Part shown: positions 1 to 11,874 of the stretch, in pieces | Position numbering within the stretch: position 1 is the first letter of the stretch | How the letters are laid out: every line of letters starts with the position of its first letter | Assembly (NCBI GenBank): GCA_050613775.1 | Contig: JBODTK010000112.1 | Span: 124,001-188,000 of the forward strand | Direction: 5' to 3' | DNA from: Neocallimastix sp. 'constans' | Lineage: Eukaryota | Length of the DNA: 64,000 bases | Notes under the pieces: generated by a model | What the model was told of the DNA's origin: nothing | The model's input: the letters and a program-made list of their open reading frames with translations, nothing else | Databases searched by the model: none | Program-made: the position numbers and the translations under genes

Positions 1-96
1 AAAGTTTCTTTTAAGAAATCCTAATAATTATACACATTTAAAAGATTTTATGAATTATTAATAATAGCAAAAATTAATATAATATTAATATTCTTT

Positions 97-128
<32 letters not shown>

Positions 129-347
129 TTCAATAAAAAAAAACTTTAATTATTTTAATTAATTATTATAAAATTTTTATATAAATAATCAAAATTTTCA
201 GTTGCTTTTTTTAAAATATAAAAAAATAAAAAAAGAAATAAATAAATAAAAAAAAAAAAAATAAAGAAAGAAAGAAAAAAAAGTAGATTAAAAAATTTAT
301 TTAAGTTAATTAAAACAAGTAATTTAAAATAAAAATAAATTAAAAAA

Positions 348-2039
348 ATGAGATTAATTCATTTATTATTAATAACATTATATATTACTTTTGTTTTATC
401 AGCTAGTAAGTATATTTGATATTACATTATTTCTTCTTAATATTAAATTATTATATATATATAATAACAATAATTAATATGAAAAAAATTATTGTTTTAA
501 AAATTAACAGCGAAGACTCTTCCATCCTCTTCTAGAACTAAAACTCTTCCAAAGTCTTCTACTAGTGCTGTAAAGACTCTTCCAAACTCTTCCACTAAGA
601 CTCTTCCAAGATCTTCCACCAAGACTCTTCCAAGATCTTCCACCAAGACTCTTCCAAAGTCTTCCACTAAGACTCTTCCAAAGTCTTCAACCAAGACACT
701 TCCAAAGTCTTCCACTAAGACTCTTCCAAAGTCTTCTACTAAGACTCTTCCAAAGTCTTCAACCAAGACTCTTCCAAAGTCTTCAACCAAGACACTTCCA
801 ATATCTACCACTAAGACACTTCCAAGATCTACCACTAAGACTCTTCCAATATCTACCACTAAGACTCTTCCAAGATCTACCACTAAGACTCTTCCAAGAT
901 CTACCACTAAGACTCTTCCAATATCTACTACTAAGACTCTTCCAAGATCTACCACTAAGACTCTTCCAAAGTCTTCAACCAAGACACTTCCAATATCTAC
1001 CACTAAGACACTTCCAATATCTACCACTAAGACTCTTCCAAGATCTACCACTAAGACTCTTCCAATATCTACCACTAAGACTCTTCCAAGATCTACCACT
1101 AAGACTCTTCCAATATCTACCACTAAGACTCTTCCAAGATCTACCACTAAGACTCTTCCAATATCTACCACTAAGACTCTTCCAAGATCTACCACTAAGA
1201 CTCTTCCAATATCTACTACTAAGACTCTTCCAATATCTACCACTAAGACTCTTCCAAGATCTACCACTAAGACTCTTCCAAGATCTACCACTAAGACTCT
1301 TCCAATATCTACCACTAAGACTCTTCCAATATCTACCACTAAGACTCTTCCAATATCTACCACTAAGACTCTTCCAAGATCTACCACTAAGACTCTTCCA
1401 ATATCTACCACTAAGACTCTTCCAATATCTACCACTAAGACTCTTCCAAGATCTACCACTAAGACTCTTCCAAGATCTACCACTAAGACTCTTCCAATAT
1501 CTACCACTAAGACTCTTCCAATATCTACCACTAAGACTCTTCCAAGATCTACCACTAAGACTCTTCCAAGATCTACCACTAAGACTCTTCCAAGATCTAC
1601 CACTAAGACTCTTCCAATATCTACCACTAAGACTCTTCCAATATCTACCACTAAGACTCTTCCAAGATCTACCACTAAGACTCTTCCAAGATCTACTACT
1701 AAGACTCTTCCAATATCTACCACTAAGACTCTTCCAAGATCTACCACTAAGACTCTTCCAAGATCTACCACTAAGACTCTTCCAAGATCTACCACTAAGA
1801 CTCTTCCAAGATCTACCACTAAGACTGTTCCAAGATCTACCACTACAACTAAATCTAGTTCTCAAACTAATAGTTCTGACTATTATTACAGTTGTGACGC
1901 ACAAGATTATGCTTGTAAGAGCCAAAAGTCAAATGAATGTTATGCTTCACTTAACGCTTGTTGGGCTCAACCATACAGTGAAAGTGTTGCTCAAGAATGT
2001 GGTACTATTAACCAAATTTGTTCTAGAATTTGGGGTTAG
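348..2039 (+). CDS. Secreted KTLP-repeat (Ser/Thr-rich, mucin-like) protein with C-terminal 6-Cys domain, ~528 aa; exons 348-405 and 511-2039
   Basis: ATG at 348 gives the signal-peptide-like MRLIHLLLITLYITFVLSA. A phase-1 intron (GTAAG...ACAG, 406-510) joins it in frame to about 55 copies of KTLP(R/I/K)S(T/S)T (24-bp unit). The tail reads SCDAQDYACKSQKSNECYASLNACWAQPYSESVAQECGTINQICSRIWG, then TAG at 2037-2039. Confidence 0.88.
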
Positions 2040-2612
2040 ACTAAACACAAAAGTATCTTAATAACAAAAATAAAAGTATCGAATAACAATTTTAATAAAT
2101 ATTTTTATTTATTATTTTCTTTGTAAAAATAAATTCTTATAAAAAAAACATAATTTAAAAAATTCATATAAATTATAATACAACATAATAATATTATGAA
2201 ATATTTAAAAAAATATTTTAATAATAGTATTTAAATTGAATATGATTGTATAAATTGAATAATATAAATAATAACTAAACAAAAATAATTTTAAATTTAA
2301 TATATATAATTATTTAATTAATAATAATTTATTAAAGTTGACTTTAAGAAATTATTATATATTCATCGAATTTGAATAATTTTTCATTTCAAATTTTGCA
2401 ACTATAAAAAAAAAATAAATAAATAAAAAGATCATTTTACATGAAAATATTTATAATATTAATGATATGGTGTTAATATTTACTATTATAATATTAATTT
2501 TATATGTTTTAAAATATATATATAAGGAAAATTTTATTTATTTTTAATTAATAATATTATAAATTATATAATATTTATAGATTTATACATACAGTGATTA
2601 TAAAAATGATAT

Positions 2613-2652
<40 letters not shown>

Positions 2653-2739
2653 TATTTATGTAATTGTTTTTAATCATAGATTTTTATTATTATTAATTTT
2701 TAATGATTAATTAGTAATATTCAAATTTATACTGTTATT

Positions 2740-2784
<45 letters not shown>

Positions 2785-2809
2785 TTTTTAAATGTAATAT
2801 TTGAGTACT

Positions 2810-3800
2810 TTCCAAAGATTCATCCACTCCCGATTATACAATATGTGGGGCTTGTGGAATATCATACTAATGTTATATCAATTACTATTAGTATTTTTAT
2901 ACTATGATTAATTTTTATACCATTAGACTTTATGTTTTTAAGTCGAAATAAAAAGGCAAAGAAGAAAGTCTATTAGAAATCCAAATGATAATCTTAATCC
3001 ATATAGAGTTATTAATAAGCCATTATACCTAATTGCTTCAAAGTTGACTCTTATCTTGATCAATTTATTACTTATCATAAGAATTGTAATTTTCTAAATT
3101 AAAAGTAATTCTCATTCCAATTGGTAAATAGCAAAATTAATATCTATAATTAATTATTTTGTTTCTAAAAATAATAAACGTGGTTGACGTGTCCTTAAAA
3201 AATTGGTTGAACCCTTTTATTCCTTTTATTTCTCTATCACTACAAAATCCATGGAAAGGCTGAATATTACATCTCCTAAAGATCAATTAACTTGTTGGGC
3301 TGAACATTATATGGATTTAGCTTCAGATATTAATGGTCATAGTTTAAATAGTATAAACTGGGTATGTTGTTTTTAGAAATAATTAGAGATACTTTCAGTC
3401 ATGAAATATTAATGATCCTATAACTATCACCGAAATTAGGAATACTGTTTTATTGATGAAGAATAATAAGACTCCAGGCTCTGATGGTATTCCCACTGAA
3501 TTTTACAAATCTATATTTTGCAGTATGAAACTACCCTAATGCTGGAAAAATGTCTTGAAATTTTATTTTATTCAATAAAATTTGAGATGGTTCCTTTCCT
3601 AAGGGAATGAATTACTTCTTCCATTGTTTTTATTCTGATAAAATTCGTACAAGAAGTATTCAATCTTTAGTTAATACTGGTATGCTATAGTGTTTTGCCT
3701 CACCTGCACTATACCTATCGTTAGTAGCTTTCTTAAGCTATTCTTTGATTTTTAGAGTAGAAAACCTTTCACAACCAAGAGAGTCAATTGCTAACGGATA
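2810..3800 (+). mobile_element. Degenerate non-LTR retrotransposon (LINE) ORF2 fragment
   Basis: 3411-3521 translates NDPITITEIRNTVLLMKNNKTPGSDGIPTEFYKSIF, matching the K(A/S)PGxDGIxxEFYK motif just N-terminal of LINE RT domains. It is preceded by KDQLTCWAEHYMDLASD and followed by a DGSFP..-like stretch. Many stops and frameshifts; no YADD core seen. Boundaries are approximate. Confidence 0.75.
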
Positions 3801-4428
3801 TGGAAAAGAAGAACCTATATTACTAGGTCCTCCTAGTACATCTAACACAAATAGTAATAATTGTTCTTTACACAACAAATCTACTGAAATTAAATCTCCA
3901 GAGAATATTTTCTCTTGGTTGGAGGAAGAGATTAATAGTCTCCACACTATCTTCTTTACAGATGTTACTTAATTATTTTTATCAAATATTTTAGGTTGAA
4001 ATGATCTCTCTTCATATCGTAATACCATAATAACCTTTAAGTTTTCTCTTTATTTTCATTGTACTACATTAACTTTATTTTTTATTAAATTTTATTTTTA
4101 ATATTTTTTTATTTGATACATTTTATATATATATTTTTTTATCATAATATATTTATAATGTATTTTTACACTTATATATACAATATATTAATATTTTTTT
4201 TTAATAATCAATTAATAACATAATGGAAGTGTATTCTCTTCCTAGTTTAAAAAAAAGAACCAGATACCTTGGTTGTTAGTCTATGGGCTAGTATACATAA
4301 GGCTCCTGGTTCGATCCCACCCTATGTCCATTTTCCAGGTTTTTCTCACAAAAGGTTTTTACGGAATATGGTGGTTAAGGTTATAGGTAAGTGTTTCCCA
4401 ATATATATATATATTATCATTATCATTA

Positions 4429-4486
<58 letters not shown>

Positions 4487-5313
4487 TTAATATCCTATGT
4501 AATATAGACAAGATACTGTTCCTAACTGTGAACCCGAGAGGGTTACACAAGTACTGTTATTTAATATATTTAGAAGAGATTTATTAGCATTTCGGTACTT
4601 GATTTCATGTGTTCATGTAGATATAAATTCTACTTGGTTTTGTGGATATATCCTACTAAATTACAATCTTTCTGACATTTTATGCATTTGCCAAGGGAGC
4701 TAGTACGTATCTTATGTGTTAGGTTATACTAGCTTCATTTCAAAAGGAAATTAGGAACAGGAGAAGCACTCCGAAAAAAAGCGTACTAGAAAATTCTCTC
4801 AGCAGTAATATGCATGTCAGAACGAAAAAATTTTTAATTTTTTACTAATATTTTATTATTATTAATTTATTTTTGATTATTATTATTATTTTTTTTTATT
4901 TACATTTATATTTACATTTTTATATTTTTATACTTTTATATATATATATTTTATTTTTTTTATTTATTTTATTTTATTTTTATTATACTTATTTTATTTT
5001 TTTATTTTTTTATTATTTTTTTTTTTTTTTTTTTATTTTTTTTTTTATTTTTATTTTTTTTTTGTTTTTAATATTTGTTAAACTTATTTTATTTAATTAA
5101 TAATTTAATTTAGATAATAATATTTTATTGAAATAGAGATAGAATTTTTTATAATTTATAGTTGGTATATTATTTACATATATTTTTAATGATAATTAGA
5201 GAATTTATAAATTTTAATAGATTTATTTTATTATAGAGAATTTTGTTTATTTATTCTATATTAAAAATTTAATTAAATACTTATAAATTTTAATTATTTA
5301 AATTGTAATGAGT

Positions 5314-7244
5314 TTAATCAACTTCTTCAACTGTTGGTCCATTATTGGATCCTCCATTGTTAGCATTACTTCCTGGGAATCTTCCTTGAGCTGCTCCAGC
5401 TCCAGCTTGTTGATACATCTTAGTCATAATTGGATTAGCAATACCTTCTAATTCTTTTCTCTTACTTTCATATTCTTCTTTATTAGCTTCTTGATTATGA
5501 TCTAACCATGAAATCGTTTCATCAATAGCTTTATTCAACTTTTCTTTATCACTTCCATTAATATTTTTTGCAATCTTTTCATCTTGAGTAGTACTACGAA
5601 GTTGATAAGCATAGGATTCAAGCTCATTCTTTGCTGTTACTCTTTCTGCAACTTTAGCATCTTCTTCTTTATACTTTTCAGCATCATTAATCATTCGTTC
5701 AATTTCTTCTTTACTTAATCTTCCCTTATCATTGGTAATAGTAATCTTATTACTTTTACCCGTTGTTTTATCAAGAGCTGAAACATTCAATATACCGTTA
5801 GCATCAATATCAAATGTAACTTCAATTTGTGGAACTCCACGTGGTGCTGGTGGAATACCCATCAATTCAAATTTACCTAATAAGTTATTATCTTTTGTTA
5901 ATGAACGTTCGCCTTCATAAATTTGAATTGTAACTCCTGTTTGATTATCAGCATAAGTAGAAAAGATATCTGATTTTTTTGTTGGAATGGTAGTATTACG
6001 CTTAATTAAAGTAGTCATCACTCCTCCAGCGGTTTCAATGCCTAATGAAAGTGGTGAAACATCCAATAAAAGTAGATCTTGAGTCTTTTCAGAGGTTTCA
6101 CCAGAAAGAATAGTTGCTTGAACAGCTGCTCCATAGGCAACTGCTTCATCTGGATTAATTGACTTACTTGGTTCCTTACCATTGAAATATTGTGAAACTA
6201 AACTTTGAATCTTTGGAATACGAGTAGAACCACCAACTAATACAATTTCATGAATACTTGATTTATCTAATTTTGCATCATTAAGAACTTTTTCAACTGG
6301 TTCAATCACACTTCTAAATAAATCACTATTAAGTTCTTCAAAACGAGCACGAATAATAGAGGTGTAGAAATGAATTCCTTCATATAATGAATCAATTTCA
6401 ATAGAAGTTTGAGTAGAGGAAGAAATAGTACGCTTAGCACGTTCACATGCTGTTCTTAAACGACGTAAAGATCTTGGATTACTTGAAATATCTTTCTTAT
6501 ATTTTCTCTTAAATTCTTGTTCAAAATGACTAACTAATCTATTATCGAAATCTTCTCCACCTAAGTGAGTATCACCAGCAGTGGCCTTGACCTCAAAAAT
6601 ACCATCTTCAATTGTTAAAAGTGAGACATCAAATGTACCACCTCCAGGGTCGAAAATTAAAACATTCTTTTCTCCTTCACTCTTCTTATCAAGACCATAG
6701 GCAATAGCGGCTGCCGTTGGTTCGTTAATAATACGAAGAACATTAAGATCTGCAATAAGACCTGCATCCTTTGTCGCTTGACGTTGAGAATCATTGAAAT
6801 AAGCTGGAACTGTAATAACTGCATTACTAACTTTATCACCTAAATAAGCTTCAGCTGTATCCTTCATTTTAGTAAGAACCATACTTGAAATTTCTTCAGC
6901 TGTGAAATTTTTAGTTTCTCCTTTGAATTGAACTTGAATATATGGTTTACCTGATTTTTCAACAACCTTAAATGGCCAATGTTTCATATCAGATTGAACT
7001 TCGGAATCATTGAAATGACGACCAATAAGACGTTGAGCATCGAAACAGTATTTGTTGGATTCATAGCAGCTTGATTCTTTGCGGCATCACCAATTAAACG
7101 TTCAGAATCAGTGAAAGCTACAAAAGAAGGGGTAGTACGATTACCTTGATCGTTTGGAATAATTTCAACACGATCATTTTGCCATACACCTACACAAGAA
7201 TAGGTAGTACCTAAATCAATATCAATTGATGAGACCTTTGTCAT
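5314..7244 (-). pseudogene. HSP70: Cytosolic HSP70 (SSA/Hsc70 type), frameshifted and probably a pseudogene
   Basis: ORFs 7244-6984 and 6987-5314 join into one intronless HSP70 ending GPTVEEVD if one T is restored at ~7043-7045 ([28 protein letters not shown]). Normally invariant residues are also substituted: [33 protein letters not shown]. Confidence 0.85.
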
Positions 7245-7763
7245 TTTTTTCTTCTTTTCTAATATTTAATATGTAAAAGTTTATAAGATATTTTTTATAA
7301 ATATAATTTTTTTTATAAATATAATTTATTTACTCTATTTTGTTTTGTAAAACTTTGTTGTTTATTGTTATTTAATAAATACCCGTTTTTTTGTTAAATT
7401 AAATCGCTTTTTTTTTTTTATTAATTTCTTTTTACTATCGTAATTAATAGTATTGGTATATTGGTATATATTGTATATAGTTAATAAATAATTGTACTTT
7501 AAAATAATAAATTAAAAATATTGATGAATTAAAAAAAAAAAAAGAAAAAAAGAAAAAATTTTAATATTTATATAAAAGTTTTCTTTAAAATTTTTTAGAA
7601 TTAAAAAATTTAATATATTTCTATTTAAATATATTATAATGATATTGAATATATTTTATATATTAATTAATATTGATTTCTCGATAAATCTCAATTCATT
7701 TATTTATTTATAATAATTAAAATTTGATAAATTTTTATTATTTTTTTTACTAAAAAATTCTAT

Positions 7764-7778
7764 TTTCTTGAAATTTCT
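7764..7778. promoter_or_regulatory. Candidate heat-shock element upstream of HSP70
   Basis: TTC-tt-GAA-at-TTC forms three alternating nGAAn units about 520 bp upstream of the HSP70 ATG. It could arise by chance in AT-rich DNA. Confidence 0.35.
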
Positions 7779-8343
7779 ATTCAATTTTTATTTTTGAAAT
7801 TTGAAAATAAAGATGATTTTTTTGAAATTAATTTTATTAATAATTAATATCTAAAAATAATAATTATAGAAATAAAAATAAAATATATATGGAATTAATA
7901 GAAGATTATTAATATTTACAATATTTACTATATCGATTTCTTAATTGAAATAATAATATTCTCTAATAATTCTATATTCTTTGATTTTGTTTTATTTAAA
8001 TTTTAGAATTCTTAAATCTTATTATTAAGTATGCAGTTACTATAAAAAATAGTTATATAATAATTAAATATTATATTTTATTTTCCTAAATAAGATTATA
8101 TTTTTAATTGATTCATTAATAAATAATATCCTTATACATTGACTTAATAAAGTATAAATTATTACAATAATTATTCAATTCAAATATTATATTTTATCAA
8201 TTTCAATAAATAATAATAATAATAATAATAGTAATAATAGTAATAGTAATGATAATAATTAATAATAACTATAACAAGTTGAAATTATTTTTTAAAGTAT
8301 TAGTTATTTAAATATATATATGTAATTATTAATGAGTTCAGTT

Positions 8344-8376
<33 letters not shown>

Positions 8377-9008
8377 TTGTTGTTGTTGTTTTTCTTGAAG
8401 AACTTAAAATAATTTCAGAAATAAGTTTAGTTTTTAATAATCAAAATGCTAATTAAAATTATTCAATAAATAAAATAATTCAAAAGGTCCTTTATTTCGT
8501 TTTTTTCATAAAATAATTAATTTTAATTAATATAATTGTATTAAAAAAAAAAAATAATAATTAAAAATGAAAAAATAATAAAAAAAAAAGAAATAATAAT
8601 AATAAAGATAAATAAATAAAAATTATTTAATATAATAATATATATAAAAACTATAATAGACATATTAATATTATAGGATAATGTATAGTAAAATTCCTAC
8701 TGGAAATTATACTCCGCTTTCCAAAGTAGGGGAATCCTTGATATGGAACATATACGTGACTGAACGTATATATATAAAAGTGAAAATATTCCTAATATTA
8801 AATTCATATATTTCTATAATATTAATTATTTCTTTTATTATTGTTAAAATAATTATTAAATTAGATAATTAATAGTAAAATAATGGCTTAAAAATAATTA
8901 GTTTAAAAATAATAATTAAATAATAGTTTAGTAAATGCTTATTGCTATTTTTGAATAAAGAGAAGAATTTTTTTTGTTATAATAAAATTAAATAAATAAC
9001 TAACTAAC

Positions 9009-9180
<172 letters not shown>

Positions 9181-9402
9181 GCGTTTAAATAAAATTTTTT
9201 CTACTAAATTAAACCTATATTAATAAAATAGTCGTGTGACGTGACTGACACCGAATTCGATATAGGAGGTTTCATTATGCCAATTTTTCACGTGATGTAT
9301 ATAAATATGTGGCTATAGCTATATTATGCTACATAATATTATTTTATTGTATTATTTTGTTATTTCAATTTTTATATTAATTATTAATTATTAATTATTA
9401 AT

Positions 9403-10390
9403 TATTCATATTCTACTATTTATTTTATTTCATTTTTATTTTATTTTATTTTATTTTTATTTTATTTTATTTTATTTTATTTTATTTTATTTTATTTTAT
9501 TTTATTTTATTTTATTTTATTTTATTTTATTTTATTTTATTTTATTTTATTTTATTTTATTTTATTTTATTTTATTTTATTTTATTTTATTTTATTTTAT
9601 TTTATTTTATTTTATTTTATTTTATTTTATTTTATTTTATTTTATTTTATTTTATTTTATTTTATTTTATTTTATTTTATTTTATTTTATTTTATTTTAT
9701 TTTATTTTATTTTATTTTATTTTATTTTATTTTATTTTATTTTATTTTATTTTATTCAATCTGTACTTTATATTAATATTTCTACTATTTATTTTATTTT
9801 ATTTTATTTTATTTTATTTTATTTTATTTTATTTTATTTTATTTTATTTTATTTTATTTTATTTTATTTTATTTTATTTTATTTTATTTTATTTTATTTT
9901 ATTTTATTTTATTTTATTTTATTTTATTTTATTTTATTTTATTTTATTTTATTTTATTTTATTTTATTTTATTTTATTTTATTTTATTTTATTTTATTTT
10001 ATTTTATTTTATTTTATTTTATTTTATTTTATTTTATTTTATTTTATTTTATTTTATTTTATTTTATTTTATTTTATTTTATTTTATTTTATTTTATTTT
10101 ATTTTATTTTATTTTATTTTATTTTATTTTATTTTATTTTATTTTATTTTATTTATTTTATTTTATTTTATTTTATTTTATTTTATTTTATTTTATTTTA
10201 TTTTATTTTATTTTATTTTATTTTATTTTATTTTATTTTATTTTATTTTATTTTATTTTATTTTATTTTATTTTATTTTATTTTTATTTTATTTTATTTT
10301 ATTTTATTTTATTTTATTTTATTTTATTTTATTTTATTTTATTTTATTTTATTCAATCTGTACTTTGTATTCATATTTCTACTATTTATT
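9403..10390. repeat. Long (TTTTA)n satellite punctuated by a ~36-bp motif
   Basis: About 0.9 kb of (TTTTA)n with ATTCAATCTGTACTTT(A/G)TATT(A/C)ATATTTCTACTATTT at ~9754-9790 and ~10351-10387, plus a partial copy at ~9403-9421. Confidence 0.9.
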
Positions 10391-11874
10391 TTATTTTATA
10401 TACTTATATTATTACGTTTTTATTTATTTATTTATTTATACATTTATTTATACATTTATTTTTTTTTACATATAATTGTATTAAAATTTATTATGGCGTT
10501 AACAAAAAATTTACAAACCATTAAAAATAAATAAAAATAAATGGCGTATTGAAAATTTGTATTATAAAAATTGGAGAAATGCACCACAATCAATTCAATA
10601 TTTTTAATTAATAATTGAATGATAAATATGATATATATTATTATTTAATATTATTTTAGTCAGTTTATTTATAAAATTCTTTTTTTATTATTTAATGATA
10701 ATTGTACTTATTTATATTTATTATATAAATTTATATTGCTTAACCAATAAATAAATAAATACATATATAAATAAAAGTACATTGTAATTATTATTAATTA
10801 AACTAATTAAAAAATATTAATAAAAGAATGTTATAAAGAAATTTAAAATTTTATTATAAAAAAATTTTAATATCAATTACAACTACTTTATTTATTTAAT
10901 TATAAAATTTTTTGAAAAATGACTGTTTGAACATTTATTTAATAATAATATAAATGTACTTCATTATAATTCAATGTGACTTTTTTTTTTTTTTAAACAA
11001 AGCAGTTTTTTTTTTATATATATAGAATCATTATTATTTAAATATTTTTGTGGAACTATATTTAATAATTATAATAAATATATAAGGAATAATCGGAATG
11101 TTCCTTCAATTCTAAATAATTTTGTATTAATATTCTTTGGTCTCAAATATATTTAAAAAAATAAATATAAAAATTCATACATATTTTATATGCCAATAAT
11201 ATATAAAATAATTAATTGAATAATAAATTAAATACTTCCAATTAAATAAATAAGTAAAATTAAAAAAAATTGTTATTAACCTTATTTATTATATTTATTT
11301 ATTGTTAAAAACTTTAATATTATATTTATTTTTTGATTAATCCTAACTTTAATTTTTTCAATTTACATAAATGATAATTTTTTTCTTTATTTAAATTTTT
11401 TTTTTTTTTTCAAAAAAAAAATTGAAAAGACGAAACAAGCATAAAGCATAATAAATAATTATATATATTTATATTTTTACTTGAAGGAAAAAATATATAT
11501 AATTATAATAAAAAATATTATTTTTAATTTAGTGTTATAAATTAAAAATAATAGAAAAAATAAAATTAAAAAATAAACCAAAAGAATTAATAAGAGTAAC
11601 TCTTTTTAAGAAAAATAATTAAAAAAAATAAAAAATAAAATCGTTAAACATATAGTTTAAAAAAAAAAAAAAAAAAAAAAATTGAATTAAAATTTTTACA
11701 ATAGTTATTAGTAAGATAGTTATAACTTTTTAAATTATAAAAAATCAAGATTTATTCGCTCAAAATTTTATTTTTGATTTAATAAAATAAAAGAAATTAA
11801 TTATCAATACTAATAAAATAATTTATAAAGTTAGTATATTTATATTATATATATCAAAAAGAATAATTGCCTAA

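Noticed and set aside
497..1925. Minus-strand ORFs (VVDLGRVL)n, 448 aa, and (SGRSWKSL)n, 316 aa
   Set aside because: Antisense shadows of the 24-bp KTLP repeat. The + strand has the signal peptide, splice sites and a sensible C-terminal domain.
4270..4330. Functional tRNA gene
   Set aside because: Only a B-box-like motif. The T-stem pairs 3 of 5 and no acceptor, D or anticodon arms could be built.
4269..5100. Short ORFs rich in I/Y/F (also 16358-16552, 26326-26583, 37742-38131, 47576-47836, 53022-53255)
   Set aside because: Translations of microsatellite and homopolymer tracts with no coding signal.
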